From Candidatus Nanohaloarchaea archaeon (GTDB taxonomy: Archaea > Nanohalarchaeota > Nanosalinia > Nanosalinales > Nanosalinaceae), in assembly GCA_042218075.1 (NCBI GenBank), contig JBDGRK010000010.1, forward strand, positions 1 through 52,009: DNA of 52,009 nucleotides, read 5' to 3'. A model generated the notes under the pieces. It ran no database searches. It was not told where the DNA came from and saw nothing but the letters and a program-made list of their open reading frames with translations. Each line of letters starts with the position of its first letter. Position 1 is the first letter of the stretch. The translations under genes and the position numbers were made by a program. Below, in pieces: positions 37,439 through 45,434 of the stretch.

Positions 37439-38086
37439 CTATTTCCCGTACTTCTGACAGAGTTCACATCTACAGTCTTCCTTCCTGGCAGAACACTTCT
37501 CCCTCCCATGCTTTATCAGAAGGCGGTGGAAGGGATACTTGATTTCATCGGGAACTTTCTGCTCCATTATCTCATGCGTCTTCTTCCTTGAGGCATCCCT
37601 TGGAACTAGCCCATACCTCCTGCAGAGCCTGTGTACATGGGTGTCGACTGGAAAGGTAGGTTTCTGGAAGTGGAAGCATAGTATTATCGAAGCGGTTTTG
37701 GGTCCGATGCCCGGTATCTTTGTCAGCCAATCTTTAGCCTCCTCAAGATCAAGTTCATCAAGAAACTCTATACTGTAATCTCCCTGATCCTTTCTTATGA
37801 TCCTGAGAGCTTCCTGGATTCTCTCCGCCTTTGTAGGACCCAGACCTGCAACTCTGATAGTATCGATAAGCTCTTCTCTGGGGGCTTCCTCGATCCTCTT
37901 ATAATCCTGTCCGTACTTCTCTTTCAGATTCTCCATCGCCCTATCCCTGTTTACATCATTAGTATTCTGGGAGAGAATAGTTTCAACCACATAGTCGATA
38001 CCGGACTTCGAATCAGGCTTCTCCGGCTCACCATACTTCTGAAGCAGCCAGTCGTAAATCTCTCTTATTTTCTTGCTATCTTCCAT
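37439..38086 (-). CDS. nth: Endonuclease III (HhH-GPD glycosylase)
   Basis: ILSQNTND, HhH LTKIPGIGPKTA, PVDTHV and a C-terminal Cys cluster. Confidence 0.9.
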   Translation of the reverse strand: MEDSKKIREIYDWLLQKYGEPEKPDSKSGIDYVVETILSQNTNDVNRDRAMENLKEKYGQDYKRIEEAPREELIDTIRVAGLGPTKAERIQEALRIIRKDQGDYSIEFLDELDLEEAKDWLTKIPGIGPKTASIILCFHFQKPTFPVDTHVHRLCRRYGLVPRDASRKKTHEIMEQKVPDEIKYPFHRLLIKHGREKCSARKEDCRCELCQKYGK

Positions 38087-38109
38087 ATCAAGAGTAAGAG
38101 CTGGCAGAG

Positions 38110-39006
38110 TTAAAACACTGTCTTGAATCTTACGCGATAGAACTGCTCAGGTTTTCTGCTGGTGGGATCGAAGCCTCCGAGATATTCTCCAGGTAATTCT
38201 TCACAGAGCGATTCCTCACCTAGCAGATAAACATTCCTGTAATCCTCAAGCTCCTCCTTAACCTTATCCAGATGTTTTTCAATCTGCTCATCTCTCTTCC
38301 TCTCAAACCTTCCCTGCGAGAAACCACCCTTTGAATGTTCTCTGTCGACTCTAGAGTTTATGCGTTCCACTCTCTCATAGTTTCCGGATTCCTCTCTGAA
38401 TATCTCTGTCTCTCCCGCAGAGACAAGACACAAGTGCTTCTCCAAATCCAGGAATTCCATCAAATCCTCCACGTGAAACTCCATTCCGACTTCGACTTTT
38501 TCATCGAAAAATGGAACCAGACGGAAACAGAATACTCCAAGTACAGGATCGATGAATGCTATAAATGACTCCAGCCCCTGGATTTTACTGTACTGTTTCT
38601 TTCTTACCGAATTTTTAAGTTCTCTCAGATTCGAAAGATCACCTATCTCGCCTGGACAGTACACTTTCACAAGATCTCTATCACTCGATTCAATAGAATT
38701 CAACCTATTGAGGCCATCAATAAATTCGGAAAATTCAAGCTGCCTGAATTCTTCCTCCTCATCTATATCTTCATCCTTTTTCTCTTCTTCGCTATGCGTC
38801 TGTTGAAGCTTCTCTCTTAACCTGTTCCGTTCCTCCTCGGCTTCCTGCTTTTCCGTGGAAAGTTTCGATCTCCTTTGCTTCTCGGCCTCAAATTTTTTCT
38901 CCCACTTCTCCTTCTGCTGTCTTAATTCTTCTATTTCAGCGTTCAGCTCTTCAACTTCTTCCTCTTTCTCTTCCAGCTCTTCACGGAGTTTCCACGGCAG
39001 TTTCAT
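38110..39006 (-). CDS. Vms1/Ankzf1-like (VLRF1) release-factor-family protein with N-terminal coiled coil
   Basis: HSKGGFSQGRFERKR catalytic-loop motif and a long N-terminal coiled coil. Confidence 0.8.
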   Translation of the reverse strand: MKLPWKLREELEEKEEEVEELNAEIEELRQQKEKWEKKFEAEKQRRSKLSTEKQEAEEERNRLREKLQQTHSEEEKKDEDIDEEEEFRQLEFSEFIDGLNRLNSIESSDRDLVKVYCPGEIGDLSNLRELKNSVRKKQYSKIQGLESFIAFIDPVLGVFCFRLVPFFDEKVEVGMEFHVEDLMEFLDLEKHLCLVSAGETEIFREESGNYERVERINSRVDREHSKGGFSQGRFERKRDEQIEKHLDKVKEELEDYRNVYLLGEESLCEELPGEYLGGFDPTSRKPEQFYRVRFKTVF

Positions 39007-39095
39007 GGGTAAGGCTTAAAGCTGTAACGGTTTAAATCCCGGGAGTATAGAAATAGTTTTAAAGGTGACAGCCGCTTTCAGCCGTGTGGGATAAT

Positions 39096-39398
39096 ATGAC
39101 TGAAATGACAGTTGAGGAACTCGACCCTGAAGCAGACGGAGTTGAAATCACAGGAACAATAGCCGAGCTTCCTACCCCAAGAGCGGTCAACACGAAGTAC
39201 GGGCAGAAAAGGATCACGACAGTAAAGTTTGAGGATGACACCGGAACCATAGACCTGACGCTCTGGGAGGAAGAGATCGACGCGATTGAGGAAGGAGCAA
39301 AGGTACACATCACAGGAGCCTACGTCCGTGAATGGGCTGACGACATCCAGCTCAACATCGGACGGGACGGCAACATCGAGCAGGTAGAGGAGGAGTAA
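39096..39398 (+). CDS. Single OB-fold single-stranded DNA-binding protein
   Basis: EDDTGTIDLTLW, GAYVREW, QLNIGRDG. Start at ATG 39096. Confidence 0.88.
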   Translation: MTEMTVEELDPEADGVEITGTIAELPTPRAVNTKYGQKRITTVKFEDDTGTIDLTLWEEEIDAIEEGAKVHITGAYVREWADDIQLNIGRDGNIEQVEEE

Positions 39399-39501
39399 CT
39401 CTACAACCAATTCAATTTTCTCCACCTTATTATTCTTAATTCAACTCTGATCAGGCTTTTCAAGGGAAAAATTCTTATTTGTTACTAATTAATGACATTT
39501 C

Positions 39502-40557
39502 ATGAACTCCTCAAGACCTGTGCCAGTCGGTTACGGTAGCCTGATGAACTTCACCTCTATTCCGCAGAGAGTGGCAGGCCTACTGGTTGATAAAGGTTAT
39601 ATCGACCAGGAGGATCTGAGAAGGATAGGGCTTCACACAGGATCGGGAAGTCTGTACACAGATTTTGGCAAAATTCTGGAGCGTGATGGAATAATAGAGG
39701 AGGTAGATTTCGAGGATAACGAAGGTTTCCAGAAAGCAGTGGACAAGACTCTACTGAGAGCTGGACTCAGAAAGGAACTTAACGAGGGCTATGGCGCAGA
39801 AATTGGAAGGAATAGAGAAGACTCTCTACTTGAATACATTGCTGGAACTGGATTAGTCTCAAAGCAAAATTATATTGACAACTACATTGGATTTTTCGCC
39901 GAAGAAGGTCTTATTCCGGATGATTACGATGAGAAAGAATACAGGGAAAGCTTCGCGAAGCTGGTGACGAAAGCCATGCTGGACGAGGAAAGGAATGAGG
40001 GAGAATATGACCCGGAGGATGTTTTCAGGCCGATGGGCAAGTATGTATGGGATGAAATGAGAAGCGGTATGGAAATAACTCCTGTACCAGTCCAGATACC
40101 CGGCAAGAGAGGGTACTGGATTGAACCGGTCACCAAGGAAGGACTGATGCTGGGAGCTGTTGAGACTGATGAAGAAGAGAAAATGACTGTGATGGCTTTT
40201 CCCAGACTGGAAGAAGAATTCTACCAGGAGTTAATAGCGGACGAGAACGAGGAATCGGAAAAATACTCGGTAAATGTTACCGAGGTAGAAATACCGGAGG
40301 AGATAGAGAAACAGATTAATCAAGAGATAGAAGAGATACCGGAAGAAGCCAGATACCTTCTTATGAATCCTGAAAGTCCTGAAGTGAACACGGATTCGGA
40401 TAAAGAACCTAACATGCACTACCACAGCCTGATAGAGGAGACGGAAAAGATGTTGTCGGAGATTTTTGGAGAATATGTCGGAGAGTGGGTTGTCGAACGA
40501 TACAGGAACGAGACATCAGGAATTGAAGAAATCGACGATAATGATGTAGCGGTGTAG
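39502..40557 (+). CDS. Hypothetical protein with possible split gamma-glutamylcyclotransferase-like fold
   Basis: N-terminal VGYGSLMN motif; the remainder is acidic. Confidence 0.55.
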   Translation: MNSSRPVPVGYGSLMNFTSIPQRVAGLLVDKGYIDQEDLRRIGLHTGSGSLYTDFGKILERDGIIEEVDFEDNEGFQKAVDKTLLRAGLRKELNEGYGAEIGRNREDSLLEYIAGTGLVSKQNYIDNYIGFFAEEGLIPDDYDEKEYRESFAKLVTKAMLDEERNEGEYDPEDVFRPMGKYVWDEMRSGMEITPVPVQIPGKRGYWIEPVTKEGLMLGAVETDEEEKMTVMAFPRLEEEFYQELIADENEESEKYSVNVTEVEIPEEIEKQINQEIEEIPEEARYLLMNPESPEVNTDSDKEPNMHYHSLIEETEKMLSEIFGEYVGEWVVERYRNETSGIEEIDDNDVAV

Positions 40558-40592
40558 ACGGTTTCTTCAATTTTCGGAACAGTTTTTGATAT

Positions 40593-41681
40593 ATGGGGAT
40601 AGATGCCGAGATCAGGCAGCTAGAAGAAAAACTGGAAGAGACACCGGTAAACAAGGCGACAGAGAAGGAGCGCGCCAGACTGAAGGGAAGAATCGCAGAA
40701 CTGAAGGAGGAAAAGCAGAAGAAGCAGAAGGGAACAGGCGACACTTCCGGGTACGCGGTCGAGAAAAAGGGAGACGCGACCGTGGCGCTGGTAGGTTTTC
40801 CATCAGTCGGGAAGTCCACGCTTCTGAACAGCCTGACCAACGCTGAGTCAGAAACCGGAGAGTACGAGTTCACAACCCTGGATGTAGAGCCGGGAATGCT
40901 GCAGTACAGAGGCGCGAACATCCAGATACTTGATGTTCCAGGACTTATAGGCGGAGCGGCCGATGGCAGAGGAGACGGAAAACAGGTTCTATCGGTCGTT
41001 AGGAACGCCGACCTAATTCTTGTATTGCTTGATCCGGAGGAGATGAGGGAGGATCAGATCAAGAAGGAGATCCACGAGGTCGGGATACGGTTGAACCAGA
41101 ATCCACCCGATATGAAAGTGGAAAAGAAGGGAAAGGGAGGTATCAGGATTTCCTCCACTGTTGACCTGGAAGTTGAAGAGGATACGCTTGAGCAGCTGAT
41201 GAAACAGAACGGCTACACAAACGCAAACGTCACTGTGAGAGAGGAAGTTGACATCGATCGATTTATCGACGGGCTGATGGAGAACAGGAAATACTTGCCT
41301 GGAATTACTGTTGTAAACAAGGCAGATACTCTAGATGAACAGATGAAGGAAGATTATAGAGGAAAATACGATATGCTGATATCGGCTGAAGAAGGTAAAA
41401 AACTTGAGAAATTGAAGGAAATGATCTTTGAAAGGCTGGAGCTGGTGCGAGTCTACATGAAGGAGAGAGGTGAGGAGCCGGATAAGGATGATCCTTTGAT
41501 CCTGAAGGAAGGAGATACAGTCGAGGATGCGCTTGAACAGCTACCGGGGGACATGAAGGACCGGTTCAGGAAGGCGAAAGTTACAGGACCTAGCTCGGAT
41601 TTCCCGGAGCAGAAGGTGGGAATGGAGCATGAGCTAGAGGATGAGGACGTTCTCGAACTCAACCTGAGACACCTTGCGTAA
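40593..41681 (+). CDS. drg: DRG/OBG-family GTPase with TGS domain
   Basis: GFPSVGKS, YEFTT, DVPG, NKAD and a C-terminal TGS domain. Confidence 0.95.
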   Translation: MGIDAEIRQLEEKLEETPVNKATEKERARLKGRIAELKEEKQKKQKGTGDTSGYAVEKKGDATVALVGFPSVGKSTLLNSLTNAESETGEYEFTTLDVEPGMLQYRGANIQILDVPGLIGGAADGRGDGKQVLSVVRNADLILVLLDPEEMREDQIKKEIHEVGIRLNQNPPDMKVEKKGKGGIRISSTVDLEVEEDTLEQLMKQNGYTNANVTVREEVDIDRFIDGLMENRKYLPGITVVNKADTLDEQMKEDYRGKYDMLISAEEGKKLEKLKEMIFERLELVRVYMKERGEEPDKDDPLILKEGDTVEDALEQLPGDMKDRFRKAKVTGPSSDFPEQKVGMEHELEDEDVLELNLRHLA

Positions 41682-41868
41682 AACATTATTTTATTTTGTA
41701 ATACAAAAATTCATATAAGCCAATTATCTCCCAATTTTTAATACAGAATTTTCTGTATAGCTCTCACCGATTATATTTTATTACAGCCAGAGAAATTTCT
41801 CTACCGGAACTGGCGGAACTTCAAGGTTTTCTTTTAAACTACCGGAACCACTATCTTTCCGTGAGGCG
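41682..41868. other. Candidate replication origin (AT-rich tract plus ORB-like repeats)
   Basis: AT-rich tract ~41682-41785 followed by CTACCGGAAC at 41801-41810 and 41839-41848, directly upstream of cdc6. Confidence 0.55.
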
Positions 41869-42888
41869 ATGAGACGCCCCAACACTATAATAGAGGACGC
41901 GAGGGTTCTGAAGGCAGACTACCTTCCAAACAGGATGGTCCACAGAGACCCACAGATAGAGGAGATCAAGAGGAACCTGGAGCCGATGCTTGAGTCGGGA
42001 GGAGCAAGAAACATGCTTCTCTACGGACCTCCCGGCACAGGAAAGTCGACGATGGCGCAGTACGTGATCGATGAAATGCAGAAGTACTCATCCGAGGTGA
42101 TTTCAGGGAAGGTAAACTGCTGGCGCTACCCTTCGCGGTTCAAGGTGTACTACAACATTCTGCAGGATCTTGGAGTCAATCTGATACACAGGACCGGCAC
42201 TCCCACTGACAAACTGGTTGACAAGTTCAGGTCCAAGGTAAACGAGAGGCCAACTATCGTGGTTCTGGACGAGGTCGACCAGGTGGAGGAGGAAAGAATA
42301 CTTTACGACTTTGTCAGGGAGAAAAACGTTTCACTAATAATGATAGCCAACAAGGAGACCGCGCTCTACGATGTTGACGACAGGATAAGAAGCTCACTGG
42401 AGGGAACACAGGAGATACACTTCCCCAAGTACTCGAACGAGGAGTTGATAGACATTCTTGAGGATCGCCGGGAGTGGGGGCTCAGGAGCGGGGCGATAGA
42501 CAGGCAGAACCTGAGAAGGATCGCTGTGAGAGCCAGGGGAGACGCGAGGATAGCTATCAATACCTTGAGGATCGCTGCAGAGGAAGCGGAGCAGCAGGAC
42601 AGGGAGGAGATATCCAGCGAGATAATCGACGAGTCAGTTCCGGAAGCGGAAGAACAGAACAAGTCGAAGTCAATCGACAAGCTGAACAGGCACCAGAAAC
42701 TTCTATACGAGATAATCAAGGAGGAAGGCCAGGTATCACCGGGCGACCTCTACGACAGGTACGAGGAGGAGATAGACGATCCAAAAGTGGAGAGAACTCT
42801 GAGAAAGTACCTCTCCAAGATGGACCACTACCGGCTGATAGAGTCGGAGGGAGAGGGACGGTGGAGGAAGTACACTATCCAAGAGTAA
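41869..42888 (+). CDS. cdc6: Orc1/Cdc6 replication initiator
   Basis: YLPNRMVHRD, Walker A GPPGTGKS, Walker B VVLDEVD, GDARIAI and a C-terminal winged helix. Confidence 0.96.
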   Translation: MRRPNTIIEDARVLKADYLPNRMVHRDPQIEEIKRNLEPMLESGGARNMLLYGPPGTGKSTMAQYVIDEMQKYSSEVISGKVNCWRYPSRFKVYYNILQDLGVNLIHRTGTPTDKLVDKFRSKVNERPTIVVLDEVDQVEEERILYDFVREKNVSLIMIANKETALYDVDDRIRSSLEGTQEIHFPKYSNEELIDILEDRREWGLRSGAIDRQNLRRIAVRARGDARIAINTLRIAAEEAEQQDREEISSEIIDESVPEAEEQNKSKSIDKLNRHQKLLYEIIKEEGQVSPGDLYDRYEEEIDDPKVERTLRKYLSKMDHYRLIESEGEGRWRKYTIQE

Positions 42889-42928
42889 TTTTGAGATAGG
42901 TTGAGAATGAACCGTTTAAGGGTATAAA

Positions 42929-43270
42929 TCAGCATTTCGGCTCTTCTCTGATTGTTACTTGTTTAGCCTCCGGATCAATATCATCCAGATATAGACCAGA
43001 TTCTTCATCACCTTTGATACAGAGCAATTCCTCTCCCTCTTCATATGTCTGATGAGAGCCAGAAACAAGAGAAATTCTGGCAGTTTCATTCTCGTTTATT
43101 CTTTCTACTTCAATAGATCTCTTGTAACTATCTCCTTCCTCTAAAGTTGTATAATCAAATTCGCCATTCTCAGCCGAGGGCGCAGTACAGGCTGAAAAAA
43201 GTGCAGGAACGGATGCCAAACCTGCTTTCTTCCAAATTTCACGTCTCGACATCAAATATTCTTCCGGCAT
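42929..43270 (-). CDS. Putative Tat-exported lipoprotein
   Basis: SRREIWK twin-arginine motif followed by a hydrophobic stretch and FSAC lipobox. Confidence 0.65.
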   Translation of the reverse strand: MPEEYLMSRREIWKKAGLASVPALFSACTAPSAENGEFDYTTLEEGDSYKRSIEVERINENETARISLVSGSHQTYEEGEELLCIKGDEESGLYLDDIDPEAKQVTIREEPKC

Positions 43271-43306
43271 ATAAACTTTTACACAGTAAAACTTAAGGCT
43301 TTCAGG

Positions 43307-43328
43307 CTACCGGAACAACCGGAAGTTT
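43307..43328. repeat. Third copy of the cdc6-associated repeat
   Basis: CTACCGGAACAACCGGAAGTTT, compared with CTACCGGAACTGGCGGAACTTT at 41801-41822. Confidence 0.6.
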
Positions 43329-43368
43329 CTTCACTTGTTTATAATGAGAGTCTGACGCAGTAGATTGT

Positions 43369-43533
43369 ATGTCAGCAAACCACCGCAACTACGAGGCCTA
43401 CTTGGAATACTTCCCGGAAAAGGAGCGAAAAGCGCTTGAACAGGCAGAATTCGTCGAGAACGGCATCGATGAGGCAGCCGTTGACACTATAAAACAGCTC
43501 AACCGGTCAAAGAAGGCTGAATCCTTCGCATGA
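43369..43533 (+). CDS. 54-aa hypothetical microprotein (not in ORF track)
   Basis: MSANHRNYEAYLEYFPEKERKALEQAEFVENGIDEAAVDTIKQLNRSKKAESFA, with TTTATAA about 30 nt upstream. Confidence 0.65.
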   Translation: MSANHRNYEAYLEYFPEKERKALEQAEFVENGIDEAAVDTIKQLNRSKKAESFA

Positions 43534-43623
43534 AAAAGCCTCAGAAACCTTCGTTAACGCTCTTGAACGATTAGATCGGTTTTTCAGTCGAAGTCTATTT
43601 AAAGAGTGAGGATAAATATCAGG

Positions 43624-43734
43624 ATGATGCGAACCGAATTCGCAGACGAAGCCGGACAGCAGATTCCGGTGGAGTTCGAGGAAGGGAACTTTGTTTCCCG
43701 GACGGTTAGCAGGTTAAGATCAGTTTTCAAGTGA
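43624..43734 (+). CDS. 36-aa hypothetical microprotein (not in ORF track)
   Basis: MMRTEFADEAGQQIPVEFEEGNFVSRTVSRLRSVFK, with a TTTAAA box upstream. Confidence 0.5.
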   Translation: MMRTEFADEAGQQIPVEFEEGNFVSRTVSRLRSVFK

Positions 43735-43819
43735 GAGAGGGGCAAGCAACTTTCCCTGCAAATTCTCTATTTATTTTTATTTAGAAAGAAACAAATTTCT
43801 TGAGCCGTATAGAGTAAGT

Positions 43820-44068
43820 ATGGGAAAAAAGGAGATGGTCTCTGGATATTCCCAGGAACAAATCGATGGAGTTGTAATGGACGCTACCTGGAACAGGTAT
43901 GAAGAGGCAAGGAATATAGCGGAAGAACTGGGTATTGAGGTTGAGGAGGTGGAAAACTTCAACACTTATCGCGACAAACATACTGTGATGGAAGTAGAGG
44001 CATCCATGAATGTTTGCCTGACTCCGGATGATCTTTCTGGAGTAAATATCAGAAGTATGCTGGGTTAG
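43820..44068 (+). CDS. Hypothetical protein
   Basis: 82-aa acidic ORF converging on rps8e. Confidence 0.6.
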   Translation: MGKKEMVSGYSQEQIDGVVMDATWNRYEEARNIAEELGIEVEEVENFNTYRDKHTVMEVEASMNVCLTPDDLSGVNIRSMLG

Positions 44069-44442
44069 TCCTCTATAAGCTCTCCGTTGACTAAGCCGTC
44101 CTGTCCAGGTCTAGATGTGATCCTGGCCTTACCATCCGGGGTGTTAACGATCGTTCCCTTGGTCAGAAGCGATCTCCTCACAAAGTTGGGGTTTGCGGGA
44201 TTGTCCTCGACTGATTCTATCTCTACCTGTTCGACTTCTCCATCCCTGGCAAGATTGATCTTCTCCGTTCTCTTTACTACATTCTTCGAGTTTCCTCCCC
44301 TTGTTCTCCTTTTCTCAATCCTTTTCTCTCCTTTCTCTGGCTCTGAAAACACCGATCCCAGCTGGTGCTTCTTCGACTTCCTGTACCTTCTGGTCTTTCC
44401 ACCGGTCTTCTTCCTCCTAGATCTTTTCTGCCAGACTGCCAT
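44065..44442 (-). CDS. rps8e: 30S ribosomal protein S8e
   Basis: SRRKKTGG, RTRGGN, NPANPNFVRR, TKGTIV, SRPGQDG. Confidence 0.97.
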   Translation of the reverse strand: MAVWQKRSRRKKTGGKTRRYRKSKKHQLGSVFSEPEKGEKRIEKRRTRGGNSKNVVKRTEKINLARDGEVEQVEIESVEDNPANPNFVRRSLLTKGTIVNTPDGKARITSRPGQDGLVNGELIED

Positions 44443-44576
44443 ATCTAGAAAGGTAGAGTGAAAATTTATAAACCAGGGGATCGCCCTCCCAAGATAGCGG
44501 ATATAGGCGATGAAAAACCGGTTCTCGGAAGGTTTATATAAATTATCGATGGAATTGAGATATAGGTGTATCAGCT

Positions 44577-44810
44577 ATGGGAAATGATGACAGTGGCAGA
44601 AGACCTTTCGACGTTCTAGACGGTGCAAAAGGAAGCATGATAATAGCGGACCTGAAAGGAGGAGAAACCGTCTCCGGAAACCTGAAAGCCTTTGACAGGC
44701 ACCTGAACATGTGGCTGGAAGACGCTTCTGTAACGAGAGACGAGGGACAGACGGACTACGGCAAGCTTTTCATCAGGGGCGACAACGTGATTGTTGTAAG
44801 CCCGGAGTAG
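44577..44810 (+). CDS. Sm-like (Lsm) protein
   Basis: RPFDVL, GNLKAFDRHLNMWL and FIRGDNV; directly upstream of L37e. Confidence 0.95.
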   Translation: MGNDDSGRRPFDVLDGAKGSMIIADLKGGETVSGNLKAFDRHLNMWLEDASVTRDEGQTDYGKLFIRGDNVIVVSPE

Positions 44811-44820
44811 AGTGATAAGG

Positions 44821-44982
44821 ATGGGACTGAACAAGGGAAAGAAAAACAAGAAAGTACACGGCAAGTGCAGGAGATGCGGAGAAAAGTCCTTCCACCTCAG
44901 AAAGAAGAAATGTGCGGCCTGTGGTTTCGGAAGGACTTCGAAGAGAGAAGATTTCGACAAGGCCAAGCCCCGGAAGGAGTGA
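44821..44982 (+). CDS. rpl37e: 50S ribosomal protein L37e (not in ORF track)
   Basis: MGLNKGKKNKKVHGKCRRCGEKSFHLRKKKCAACGFGRTSKREDFDKAKPRKE; matches the conserved Sm-L37e gene order. Confidence 0.95.
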   Translation: MGLNKGKKNKKVHGKCRRCGEKSFHLRKKKCAACGFGRTSKREDFDKAKPRKE

Positions 44983-44988
44983 ATCAGA

Positions 44989-45213
44989 GTGGAAGAAGAT
45001 TTTGAAGTAATTGTTCTGAGCAGGTCTGGAGATTTTCTACTGAAAGAAGAGGAAGAACTGCATAGAGACCAGAAAGGTGTTGAGATAGAAAATCCCTATG
45101 TAATCAACGAAGAGGAAGAAGCACAGCCGGTCCAGGCGACCCAAATATTTATCCCCTACACCGCATTAGAAAACATACAGTACGGCAGTTTCGAACACAA
45201 AGTAATCGAATAG
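44989..45213 (+). CDS. Hypothetical protein (beta-rich, possibly Sm-fold-like)
   Basis: GTG start with SD GGAG; IFIPYTALENIQY resembles an Sm2-type strand. Confidence 0.65.
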   Translation: MEEDFEVIVLSRSGDFLLKEEEELHRDQKGVEIENPYVINEEEEAQPVQATQIFIPYTALENIQYGSFEHKVIE

Positions 45214-45285
45214 AATAGACTGAAAGCGGTTGAGAATCCCTGATTCGAATACCGCTTCGGCGTCCCAACTTCGCCTTGAAGTTGC

Positions 45286-45433
45286 GGGCTCGTAGCTCAG
45301 TCTGGCAGAGCACCGGCCTTTTAAACCACCTCCTGACGCGGAGTGCGGCACGCGTCAAGGCATGCTTTGATGCCTTTTGGAAATATTTGGTAAGGTCAGC
45401 CGGTAGTCGCGGGTTCAAATCCCGTCGAGCCCA
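45286..45433 (+). tRNA. tRNA-Lys(TTT) with 74-nt intron at 37/38 (intron 45324-45397)
   Basis: Acceptor GGGCTCG/CGAGCCC, anticodon stem CCGGC/GCCGG, anticodon TTT at 45320-45322, T-loop TTCAAAT. BHB motif with central helix CTTT/AAGG and outer helix ACCA/TGGT. Confidence 0.93.
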
Positions 45434-45434
45434 C

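Noticed and set aside
42474-42899. 141-aa alternative-frame ORF inside cdc6, and the many Ser/Phe/Leu-rich antisense ORFs in the track
   Set aside because: These are shadows of Glu/Lys-rich purine-biased coding strands, with no motifs or independent expression signals.
45324-45397. Box C/D guide RNA in the tRNA-Lys intron (CTGA at 45333-45336, TGATGC near 45368)
   Set aside because: The C-box match is imperfect, both motifs are largely buried in hairpin stems, and no second box pair is visible.
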